A DNA stretch of 64,000 nt. Source: Archangium sp. Its GTDB lineage: Bacteria; Myxococcota; Myxococcia; Myxococcales; Myxococcaceae. Location: assembly GCA_031367385.1 (NCBI GenBank), contig JANLPS010000208.1, forward strand, positions 2,721-66,720, in the 5' to 3' direction. Shown in pieces: positions 50,133 through 58,351 of this stretch (position 1 is the first letter of the stretch; each line of letters opens with the position of its first letter). Position numbers and translations under genes: made by a program. A model generated the notes under the pieces. It was given only the letters and a program-made list of their open reading frames with translations, had not been told where the DNA came from and searched no databases.

Positions 50133-51839
50133 TCATTCTGGAGCGACCAGGCTGGTGCACTCTCGCAGCGCCGCCTCTGCCCCCGGGTTGTCGAGCCCGT
50201 CGTCGATGGCGCGTTGAATCAGTGTCTTCGCCGCTTGTGCGTGACCCTGCGCGAGCTCAATCAGCCCCGCGTTGTAGGCGGCCTGCGCGTGCCGTGGTTT
50301 CGCGGCGAGCGTTTGGGCATAGAGCGCCTTCGCTTCTTCGAGGCGGCCGAGCCCCTGGTACGCAACGCCCAAATTGTAAGCGAGCTCGGGGTCAGCCGGT
50401 CGCAGCGAGCGGGCTCGCTCGAGGTACGGCACGGCCTCGTCAACATCGCCCGAGCTGCTGAGGGTCACGCCGATCGAGCTGAAGCATTGCGCGTCGAGCG
50501 TCGAGCCGGTTTCGATGAATGCCCACGGCCACGCGGCGAGCCCCCACCCGGCCCCGATGACCACCAACGAGCCCCCCAGCGCCACCAAGTTGCGATCGCG
50601 CGCCCACTCGAAAGCGCTGACCGCGAACGCTCCGGCGAACACACTGAGCGCTGGGAGCGCCGGCATTCGATACCGAGAGACGACGAAGAACGCGACCACG
50701 CTCGCGCCATAGGCGATCATGAACCCCGCGGGAAACCAGGTGCTGCGCTGCCGACGCCAGACCCACGCGCCCAGCAACGCCGGGGCGACCAGCCACCCAA
50801 CACCCAACGGCGCCAGCGCGAGGGAGGGAATGAAGGTCTGCCGCATGCACACCAGCGAATAGTTGTCGGGGATCTCGGCGCCGTGAATGAGCAACGCCAC
50901 CTTTCGCAAGCTCAGCTCGAGACCCCGCCGCGGGTGCTCCTTCAGAAACCTGAAGGCTTCTGCGAACCAATACCCCGACACTTCACCGGGCTTGAGCGCA
51001 TGCCCGACTCGCCTCTCAGCCTCGCGCTGAAAGTCGAGCGCCTCATACAGCGGTGTCGCACGCACCCATTCAATTGGTGCGTACATGCCAGTCGCGTACT
51101 CGCTGTTGCCGATGAAGAAGTTCTGACCACCTTGCGAGGTCGTCAGCACCCACTCGCCACTGATGGCGTGATTGCGCAGCGCCACGGGTGCCAATGAAAC
51201 CAACAGCCCGGCGATGAGCGACGGCACGAGCGCCCAGCGTCGCGAAGAGATCATCACCCCCATCGCCCAAAGAACGACCAGGGGCGCCACCACGACGAAA
51301 TTTCCGCGCAACAACATCAGGGCGCCGTAGAGCGCGCCAAGCCCGACGAAGTGTCGCGCCCGCTTCGACTCTTGCGCCTCGATGCCGAGCAAGCAGACCC
51401 ACGCCGACAGATGCGTGACGAGCGTCGCCTTGATCAGCTCAGCCGAATACAAATGCACGACCCCGGTGAGCGAGTACAACACCGCGGCGACCACGCCCAC
51501 GTTCACGGTGAAGAGCCGTTTGCCGAGCCGATACACCAGGTACGCCGTGCCAGTTGAAATCGCGACCTGGAGCATGCGCGCGGCGAGCAATGACTCATTC
51601 GCCACACGAAAGACGACGCCCAGAAAATAGGGGTAGAGCGGCTCTTGGTAGAACACCTTCGAACCGAACCAGTCGCCGCGGGCGATGCGCAGACCCCAGG
51701 TGACGTAGCTCTCTTCGTCGAGCGCCGGGTTGGTACCGAAGGGGCTGAGCTGAAACGAGATCGCGACCGCCAACCCGAGGCTGCCGGTGAAGACCAGGGC
51801 GGCGAAGAGAATCAGTCGCTGGGTTCGTGAGCGTGACAC
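50133..51839 (-). CDS. GT39/ArnT-like membrane glycosyltransferase fused to C-terminal TPR repeats
   Basis: GTG start. The N-terminal ~430 aa are polytopic (DEESYVTWGLRIARGDWFG...YQEPLYPYFLG). The C-terminal TPR region includes AVPYLERARSLRPADPELAYNLGVAYQGLGRLEEAKALY. Confidence 0.85.
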   Translation of the reverse strand: MSRSRTQRLILFAALVFTGSLGLAVAISFQLSPFGTNPALDEESYVTWGLRIARGDWFGSKVFYQEPLYPYFLGVVFRVANESLLAARMLQVAISTGTAYLVYRLGKRLFTVNVGVVAAVLYSLTGVVHLYSAELIKATLVTHLSAWVCLLGIEAQESKRARHFVGLGALYGALMLLRGNFVVVAPLVVLWAMGVMISSRRWALVPSLIAGLLVSLAPVALRNHAISGEWVLTTSQGGQNFFIGNSEYATGMYAPIEWVRATPLYEALDFQREAERRVGHALKPGEVSGYWFAEAFRFLKEHPRRGLELSLRKVALLIHGAEIPDNYSLVCMRQTFIPSLALAPLGVGWLVAPALLGAWVWRRQRSTWFPAGFMIAYGASVVAFFVVSRYRMPALPALSVFAGAFAVSAFEWARDRNLVALGGSLVVIGAGWGLAAWPWAFIETGSTLDAQCFSSIGVTLSSSGDVDEAVPYLERARSLRPADPELAYNLGVAYQGLGRLEEAKALYAQTLAAKPRHAQAAYNAGLIELAQGHAQAAKTLIQRAIDDGLDNPGAEAALRECTSLVAPE

Positions 51840-51875
51840 CGAGGCGTCACGCTAGCCCGAAGCCGTCAGTGACCC

Positions 51876-52181
51876 TTAGGCGAACAACGGCACCGGGCCA
51901 ATCTTCTCCCAGCGGCTGCTCTTCGGAGTCAGGTTCCACGTGTTGAGGTACAGCTGCCCACGCACCACGAACATCGTCTCTCCGCCATCGCGGCCCTGAC
52001 GGTACGTGAAGCCCTGCATCTGGCTGTGCTTGAGCGCCGACATCGGCGCGCGACCCATCGGCGTCGCGGTGTTGTTCTTGCGGGCAGCGTCAACCAGGCC
52101 CGAATACACCCGGGTCAGTTGATCTCGGGTCGGTGCGAAAATGGGCGCTGCCTGCTGCGCCACAGAAAGAGAGATACTCAT
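51876..52181 (-). CDS. Hypothetical small protein
   Basis: 101-aa ORF with reasonable codon bias and no recognised family. Confidence 0.4.
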   Translation of the reverse strand: MSISLSVAQQAAPIFAPTRDQLTRVYSGLVDAARKNNTATPMGRAPMSALKHSQMQGFTYRQGRDGGETMFVVRGQLYLNTWNLTPKSSRWEKIGPVPLFA

Positions 52182-52240
52182 CTCAAGCGTTATCGCGGCG
52201 CTCAGCAGCAGGTTGCGTCAATCGGTTTTCTCTTTTGAAT

Positions 52241-53617
52241 TCAGCCGATTAGGCGCCGAAACAATGCGAGCGACGCGGGGTACGGCGGGTAGCGCACCTT
52301 GAGGTCCATCCAGAAGGGCTTGGTCACCACGGCCTTGCGGTGCGAGAACGCGTCGAAGCTCGCCTTGCCATGGTAGGCGCCCATGCCGCTGCCGCCGACC
52401 CCGCCGAAGGGCAGATCATCTCCGGCGAAGTGAATGATGGTGTCGTTGACCACCGCGCCGCCGCTCGAGACGCGGCCGAGCACCTTCTCGACGACGTCAC
52501 GGTTCTTCGAGAACACGTAGAGGGCCAGCGGTTTCTCGCGCTCGCGAACGAAACGAATCGCCGAGTCGATGTCTGGCACCTCGATGACCGGCAGCAACGG
52601 GCCGAAGATTTCTTCTTGCATCAGGGGGTGCGAGAGCTTCGGGTCGGTCAGCACCGTCGGAGCGATGTACCGCGTGGCCTCCTCGACCTGACCGCCGAAC
52701 GCGACGGTGCCCCCGGGCATCAAGGCCTGCAGCCTCGCGAAGTGGCGCGCGTTGATGATTCGCCCGTAGTCAGGGCTCTTGGCCGGGTCATCGCCGAAGA
52801 ATTCGCGCACCGATTGCTTCAACAGGTCGACGAAGGCCTGCTTCACGTTCTTGTGCACCAACACGTAATCGGGCGCGATGCAGGTCTGGCCGGTGTTGTA
52901 ACACTTGCCCCACATCACCCGGCGCGCGGTGGTCGCGAGATCGGTGCTCTCGTCGACGATGCACGGCGATTTGCCGCCGAGCTCGAGCACGACGGGCGTG
53001 AGGTGCTTCGCGGCGGCCTCCATCACCACTTGGCCCACCTTGGTCGAGCCGGTGAAGAAGATGGAGTCCCATCGCTCGGCGAGCAATGCGGTCGAGACCT
53101 CGGCGCCACCTTGCACGACGGTGACGAGGCCTGAGCTGCTGAAGGCGTTCGCGATGCACTCGGCGATCGCCGCGCTGGTGGCGGTCGAGACCTCACTGGG
53201 TTTGAGCACCACCGTGCAGCCGGCAGCCAGCGCTCCGATGAGCGGCGAAAACGCCAATTGCAGCGGGTAGTTCCACGGAGCGATGATCAGCGAAGTACCC
53301 AGCGGCTCGGCCCTCACGTGTGCGCGCGCAGGCTGAAACGCGAGGGGAAAGGGCCGGCGCTCGGGCCGCACCCACGACTTGAGGTGCTTGAGGGTGAGTC
53401 GAATGTCTCGGTACACGATGCCGATTTCAGACGAGTACGCCTCGACGCGTGGCTTGCCGAGGTCGGTCTTGAGCGCCTCGAAGAGCTTCTCTTCATTCGA
53501 CACCATCGCGGCTTCGAGCGACTTCAGCGCGGCGACCCTCGCGGCATAGGGGCGGGTCACGTCACTTCGAAACAGCGCGCGAGCGCGTTCTGCAATGGTG
53601 GCAATCGATTCACTCAT
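52241..53617 (-). CDS. Aldehyde dehydrogenase (class 3 / fatty aldehyde dehydrogenase-like)
   Basis: Motifs FTGSTKVGQVV, ELGGKSP and catalytic Cys region GQTCIAPDY. Start taken at the Met of MSESIA (53617), because the upstream Met lies inside the hairpin. Confidence 0.9.
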   Translation of the reverse strand: MSESIATIAERARALFRSDVTRPYAARVAALKSLEAAMVSNEEKLFEALKTDLGKPRVEAYSSEIGIVYRDIRLTLKHLKSWVRPERRPFPLAFQPARAHVRAEPLGTSLIIAPWNYPLQLAFSPLIGALAAGCTVVLKPSEVSTATSAAIAECIANAFSSSGLVTVVQGGAEVSTALLAERWDSIFFTGSTKVGQVVMEAAAKHLTPVVLELGGKSPCIVDESTDLATTARRVMWGKCYNTGQTCIAPDYVLVHKNVKQAFVDLLKQSVREFFGDDPAKSPDYGRIINARHFARLQALMPGGTVAFGGQVEEATRYIAPTVLTDPKLSHPLMQEEIFGPLLPVIEVPDIDSAIRFVREREKPLALYVFSKNRDVVEKVLGRVSSGGAVVNDTIIHFAGDDLPFGGVGGSGMGAYHGKASFDAFSHRKAVVTKPFWMDLKVRYPPYPASLALFRRLIG

Positions 53618-53644
53618 ACGCGGCAACCTCAGCAGGCAGTCAGT

Positions 53645-53727
53645 CAATAAAGGGGACAGGCTGGTTTAAGTCGCCTGGGTCGCCGCCCAGACGCTGCGCG
53701 ACTTAAACCAGCCTGTCCCCTTTATTG
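53645..53727 (-). terminator. 30-bp perfect hairpin containing the prs stop codon (intrinsic-terminator-like)
   Basis: Arms CAATAAAGGGGACAGGCTGGTTTAAGTCGC (53645-53674) and its exact reverse complement (53698-53727), with a 23-nt loop that holds a CTGGG/CCCAG mini-stem. The prs TAA is inside the stem. On the minus strand the stem is followed by TTG then ACTGACTGCC, not a T-run. Confidence 0.6.
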
Positions 53728-54630
53728 CGTGGTCAACCGCCGAATCACCGCCGCCAGCACCGGCGCGCAGCTCACCCGCTCGAGCGGAAACGACGGGTTC
53801 ACCGGCCCAGGCAGGCTGTCAGACACGATCACCCGCGCGAGCGGTATCGACGCGAGCCGCGCAGCCGCTGGGCCCACGAAGAGGCCATGCGATGCCACCA
53901 CCGTCACTGGTTTCTCTGCTCCCGCAGCCAGCACCGCATTCGCAGCCGCGACCAACGTGCCCCCGGTGCTGATCATGTCGTCGACGATGATCGCGTGGCG
54001 GCCTTTGACGTCACCCACGACGCCCTGTGCCTGCACCTGGTCACCCGAGAGGCGCTGCTTGTGCACCACCACCACCGGCAACCCGAGGGGCCGCGCGAAC
54101 AGCTCAGCCCGCTTGACCGCACCCAGGTCGGGCGAGACCACCACCGCGTTCGACGGCAACTTGCCGCGAAGCGCTTCAACCAACGCGGGTATGGCGCTCG
54201 CGTGCTCAACCGGCTGAGGAAAACAGCCTTCGACGGCTGGCGAATGCAAATCGAGGCAGATCAACCGCTCGACCCGAGTCGAAGCGAGCAGCTCAGCGAC
54301 CACCCGCGCCCCCAGCGGCTCGTTGCCCGTCTCACGCCGATCGTGCCGGGCGTACCCGAGGTAGGGCACCACCGCGGTCACGCGAGCCGCTCCGGAGCGA
54401 TGGCAGGCGTCGGCCATCAACGCGAGCTCGAGCAGGTGCTCGCCCACCGGCGAATGCAGCGACTGCACGATGAACACGTCGGCGCCGCGTACGTTCTCAT
54501 GCACCTGCACATCGCACTCCCCGTCGGGGAAGGTGTGAAGCTCACACGCACCCAGCCCAAGGGTCAGCTGCGCGGCGAGGGTCTTCGACAGCGAGGGGTG
54601 TGACGAGCCGGCCAGCAGCACGGTGCGCAT
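53722..54630 (-). CDS. prs: Ribose-phosphate pyrophosphokinase
   Basis: Motifs PYLGYARHDR, VVSPDLGAVKRA and PRPP-binding loop AIIVDDMISTGGTL. Confidence 0.95.
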   Translation of the reverse strand: MRTVLLAGSSHPSLSKTLAAQLTLGLGACELHTFPDGECDVQVHENVRGADVFIVQSLHSPVGEHLLELALMADACHRSGAARVTAVVPYLGYARHDRRETGNEPLGARVVAELLASTRVERLICLDLHSPAVEGCFPQPVEHASAIPALVEALRGKLPSNAVVVSPDLGAVKRAELFARPLGLPVVVVHKQRLSGDQVQAQGVVGDVKGRHAIIVDDMISTGGTLVAAANAVLAAGAEKPVTVVASHGLFVGPAAARLASIPLARVIVSDSLPGPVNPSFPLERVSCAPVLAAVIRRLTTQ

Positions 54631-54719
54631 GCCCTGGGTTGTGCCACACCCGCAGCGGTTCGGGCCCCTGAAAACCGTGCCTTGAAACTTCTCATGCAGT
54701 ACGCCGTACGCACCCCACC

Positions 54720-56267
54720 ATGCGCGCCCTCATCGTCGGAGCCGGCCCCGGAGGCCTCAGCGCCGCCATCAACCTCGCCGGCCTCGGCCTCGACGTCACC
54801 GTGATCGAGAAAGAAGCCATCCCCGGGGGGCGCATGCGTGGGCTCACCATGGGCGACTACCAGGTCGACACTGGGCCCAGCATTCTGCAGCTGCCCCAGG
54901 TGCTCGAGCGCATCTTTCGCCGGGCCGGCAAGCGCATCGAAGACTACGTCAGCCTGGTTCGCCTCGACCCGAACACCCGAATTCACTTCTGGGACGGCAC
55001 CCACCTCGACACCTCGTGGGACGCCGAGAAGATGAAGGCCGAGCTGCTTCGCTTCGAGCCCAGGCTCGCCCCCGCCCTCGAAAAATGGATGAAGGTCTCG
55101 GCTGAGAAGTACGGCATCGCGTACGAAAAGTTCATCAGCCACCCTGCTGATTCGCTCTCGTATTACTCACCGTTTCGGCTCTTCGAGACGCTCAAGTTCA
55201 AGCCGTGGCAGACGCTGTACACGCACCTCGACGAGTTTTTTCACGACGACCGGCTGTCATACGCGTTCAGCTACCCGTCGAAGTATCTCGGGCTTCACCC
55301 GACCACCTGCTCGTCGGTGTTCAGCGTGATCCCCTACCTCGAGATGGCGTTTGGGGTGTGGCACGTGATGGGCGGCTTTCGCGAGCTGGCCAAGGGCATG
55401 ATGCGCTGCGCGCAAGACTTGGGCGCCAGCTTTCGAATGTCGAGCCCGGTTGATCACCTGATCATCGAGAACGGCGTCGCGGTCGGCGTGAAGCTTGAGA
55501 GCGGAGAAGTGCTCAAAGCCGACCTAGTGGTGATCAACGCTGATCTGCCATACGCGGCGCAAAAGTTGGTGGCGCCCGAGGCCCGCAAGGGCAGCCGACT
55601 GAGCGACTCGTCACTCCAGAAGGCCAAGTACAGCTGCAGCACCTTCATGCTCTACCTCGGGCTCGACACCATCTACCGCGACCTGCCGCACCACCTGATC
55701 TACCTCTCGAACGCCGCGCGAAGAACCGACCGGGCCGCGCTCGAAGATCAGGCGGTCGACCTCGAAGATCCTCCGTTTTACGCGCTGAACCCGACACCCA
55801 CCGACCCGGCCGGTGCGCCGAAAGGTCACTCGACGCTCTACGTTCTGGTGCCGACCCCCAACACGAACCAGCCTGTTGATTGGCGCCGCACCGAAGCCGA
55901 GCTGACCGCGAAGGTGCCGCTTTGGCTCGAGAAAGTGGGCCTCAAAGACGTCGCCAAGCACATCGTTCAACAGCGCGCGTTCACCGCCGAGACCTGGCGC
56001 GACGAGTTCAATGTCTTTCGCGGAGCGGTGTTCAACCTCTCGCACACCTGGCTGCAGCTGGGGCCGATGCGGCCTCGGGTCGAGTCGCCGCACGTCGAGC
56101 GGTTGTACTGGGTCGGCGGGGGCACGCACCCAGGCTCGGGCCTGCTCACCATCATGGAGAGCGCGAACATCTGCGCGAACGCCATCGCCAAGCGGTACCT
56201 CGGGCGCGAGGGCCTGGTCGATTGGCCGTTCACACCACCGCTGGGCAGCTTGCCTCGCTCGTCCTGA
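54720..56267 (+). CDS. Phytoene desaturase (CrtI/CrtD) family FAD-dependent oxidoreductase
   Basis: Dinucleotide-binding motif MRALIVGAGPGGLSAAINLAGLGLDVTVIEKEAIPGGR, and the C-terminal family motif YWVGGGTHPGSGL. Confidence 0.85.
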   Translation: MRALIVGAGPGGLSAAINLAGLGLDVTVIEKEAIPGGRMRGLTMGDYQVDTGPSILQLPQVLERIFRRAGKRIEDYVSLVRLDPNTRIHFWDGTHLDTSWDAEKMKAELLRFEPRLAPALEKWMKVSAEKYGIAYEKFISHPADSLSYYSPFRLFETLKFKPWQTLYTHLDEFFHDDRLSYAFSYPSKYLGLHPTTCSSVFSVIPYLEMAFGVWHVMGGFRELAKGMMRCAQDLGASFRMSSPVDHLIIENGVAVGVKLESGEVLKADLVVINADLPYAAQKLVAPEARKGSRLSDSSLQKAKYSCSTFMLYLGLDTIYRDLPHHLIYLSNAARRTDRAALEDQAVDLEDPPFYALNPTPTDPAGAPKGHSTLYVLVPTPNTNQPVDWRRTEAELTAKVPLWLEKVGLKDVAKHIVQQRAFTAETWRDEFNVFRGAVFNLSHTWLQLGPMRPRVESPHVERLYWVGGGTHPGSGLLTIMESANICANAIAKRYLGREGLVDWPFTPPLGSLPRSS

Positions 56268-56288
56268 GCGAAGTCGAAGGACCCGCAC

Positions 56289-56987
56289 TTACAGCTGCGA
56301 GGTCACCAGCCCTTCGCTGCTCACCGCGAAGGCCAACGGCACCAGCGACACTCCGTATTTGCGCGCGAGATCTTTGCGCTTCGAGACGTCGATGCTCACC
56401 ACCGGCTTGGTGCCCCTCGACAGTGTGTCTCCGACCTCGTGACACTCGCTGCACAAGGGGTGGGTGAAGAGCACCACGACGTCACTCGCCGAGCCGACGC
56501 CAAGCTGCTCGAGGTCGAACCGCTCGATGCGCCCGCCGCGAATGCCGCGAACCCTCGCCAGCAGCGCGTACACTTCGCAGCCCACGCAAATGCCAGAGAT
56601 GGCCGCCAATGATGCCAGCCCAGCGACGATGCTGCCGAGCACCAGGCCGACGGTGGTGAGCCCGAACGCGTACGACGTCGCCGCCGACAGCATGAACACC
56701 GCGCCGATGATGTTGGCGAAGCGAGGCAGCCGTGAATCTTCGAGCGGGCCTTCTCCGATGCGCGGTTGAACGACGTAGAAGAAGAACAAACACGGCAGGC
56801 AATACTTGCGACCGAACAGCACGCTCACCGCGAGCTGCGCTCCGAGTGCCCCGAGAATCGGCCAGGCGCCGGTCCACACCGCGATCAGCGCTCCAATCGC
56901 CACCACCATCTGATTGAACCGCGGGGCTCTCGAATCGATCACGCTCAAGTCACGCCACGGGTCAGCCTTGCGAAGCAGAGTCGACAT
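56289..56987 (-). CDS. DUF4395-like membrane domain fused to a thioredoxin/glutaredoxin-like domain
   Basis: Begins at the Met of MSTLLRK (56987). The N-terminal part has four hydrophobic helices with RFNQ..., CLPC and CVGC motifs. The C-terminal part reads VVVLFTHPLCSECHEV...VSKRKDLARKYGVSLVP (a CxxC thioredoxin-fold pattern). Confidence 0.65.
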   Translation of the reverse strand: MSTLLRKADPWRDLSVIDSRAPRFNQMVVAIGALIAVWTGAWPILGALGAQLAVSVLFGRKYCLPCLFFFYVVQPRIGEGPLEDSRLPRFANIIGAVFMLSAATSYAFGLTTVGLVLGSIVAGLASLAAISGICVGCEVYALLARVRGIRGGRIERFDLEQLGVGSASDVVVLFTHPLCSECHEVGDTLSRGTKPVVSIDVSKRKDLARKYGVSLVPLAFAVSSEGLVTSQL

Positions 56988-57078
56988 AGACGTCCTTGAT
57001 AACGGACGTTCATCTGTCAAACAAGAACCGGTGTGGTTGGGCGGACGACAGTCGATAAAGCGAAGTGTAATCAACACC

Positions 57079-58263
57079 TTACCCGGCGACGAAACGCCAG
57101 GTGACGCGGGGTCTCTCGGCCACGGCCACCTTTCGCAGGGCGATACCCAACGCGCCCCATCTCTTGCTCGCGAAGGCGATGGCTGCGAGCAGCTCGGGTC
57201 GCTTCTTGAGGCTGACGGTCGCCACTCGCTCTGAAGCGTCATCGAAACGCTTCATTTCAATCAGCGCGTTGATCACATCGACCGTCGCGGCCGAGCGAGC
57301 GCGACGCGCCACCTCGATTGACCTGGTGAGCAATGGCGCAGCCGCAGCCCACCCGCGGCTTCGAAAGACCATCTTCGACAAGCACAGATACGCGGCGGCC
57401 GAGGCGAACTCGCGCGAATCGAAGTGACCCGTCGCGAACCGCTCGAGCGTGACCTCGAGCAACGCCTCGGCTTGCTTGGTCTCTCCCACCGCCCGCAGCT
57501 CGTCGAACGCGCGTTCGAGCTCCCAGACGACCGAATGAACGTTCCACTCCGAGGGTACGAGCTCCTTCATCGCCGCTTCGGCTCGCGCCTTGATCGCCGC
57601 GCGCGGGTCGACGCCCATCGCCAGCAAGAGCGGAGCCTTGGTCGATTCCCGGTCAGCCTTCGAGAGGCTCTCCCAGAACGTGCGGGCGACCTTCGGCTGC
57701 TTCACGTTGAGCAGCAGCTCGACCACTTCTCGGCCCCACCCGGCACGGCGTGCGCTCTTCGCGGCGATGCTCGCCTGCGCCCGCGCCTCTGCGAGCGCAC
57801 CCCTTCGCAGCGCGGCATGGGCCAGGCGAAACGCTCCGACGGTCTGGTCGAGTGGGGTGAGCTGCCCGCGCTCTGACGCTGGCAACAACCCGTTTTCTGC
57901 GCGAAAGCGCACCACCGCCGTGCGTAAAAACGACGCATCTGAGGGCTTGCGCTGCTTCTTGGCCAGCGCAAGCAACGGCTCGAACGCGCGCACCGCGGCC
58001 GTCTCGTCGTTCAACGCAAGCCATGCCTTCGCGATCGCCTCGATCTCGCTGACCCGGCGAAGTTGATCTCGGGGCGGTGTCGCCTCGAGGCGGCTGATGA
58101 TGCTGATGGCCTCCCGACGACGACCGAGCTTGGCCAGGCCCTCCAGCGCGAAGTGCGCGTAGTCGCGCTGGTTTCCGTTCGGGCCCAGCGCCAGGGCGCA
58201 CTCCGCAGTGCAGACGTGCCAGGCGACGGGGTCTTGGGTTCTCGGCCACTTCACTGAAGCCAT
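57079..58263 (-). CDS. Hypothetical all-alpha repeat protein
   Basis: ORF 57079-58353 trimmed to the Met of MASVKWP (58263), which leaves an 88-nt divergent intergenic region. The sequence is Ala/Arg/Leu-rich with amphipathic helices reminiscent of TPR/HEAT-like repeats. No family recognised. Confidence 0.55.
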   Translation of the reverse strand: MASVKWPRTQDPVAWHVCTAECALALGPNGNQRDYAHFALEGLAKLGRRREAISIISRLEATPPRDQLRRVSEIEAIAKAWLALNDETAAVRAFEPLLALAKKQRKPSDASFLRTAVVRFRAENGLLPASERGQLTPLDQTVGAFRLAHAALRRGALAEARAQASIAAKSARRAGWGREVVELLLNVKQPKVARTFWESLSKADRESTKAPLLLAMGVDPRAAIKARAEAAMKELVPSEWNVHSVVWELERAFDELRAVGETKQAEALLEVTLERFATGHFDSREFASAAAYLCLSKMVFRSRGWAAAAPLLTRSIEVARRARSAATVDVINALIEMKRFDDASERVATVSLKKRPELLAAIAFASKRWGALGIALRKVAVAERPRVTWRFVAG

Positions 58264-58351
58264 GGTCTCAAGGTGCCAGATTTCTTGGCAATTGAGAGGC
58301 CAAAATGATCCACCCCGCGAAACCTTGGGGCGGGCTGCCCGATAATCGAAC

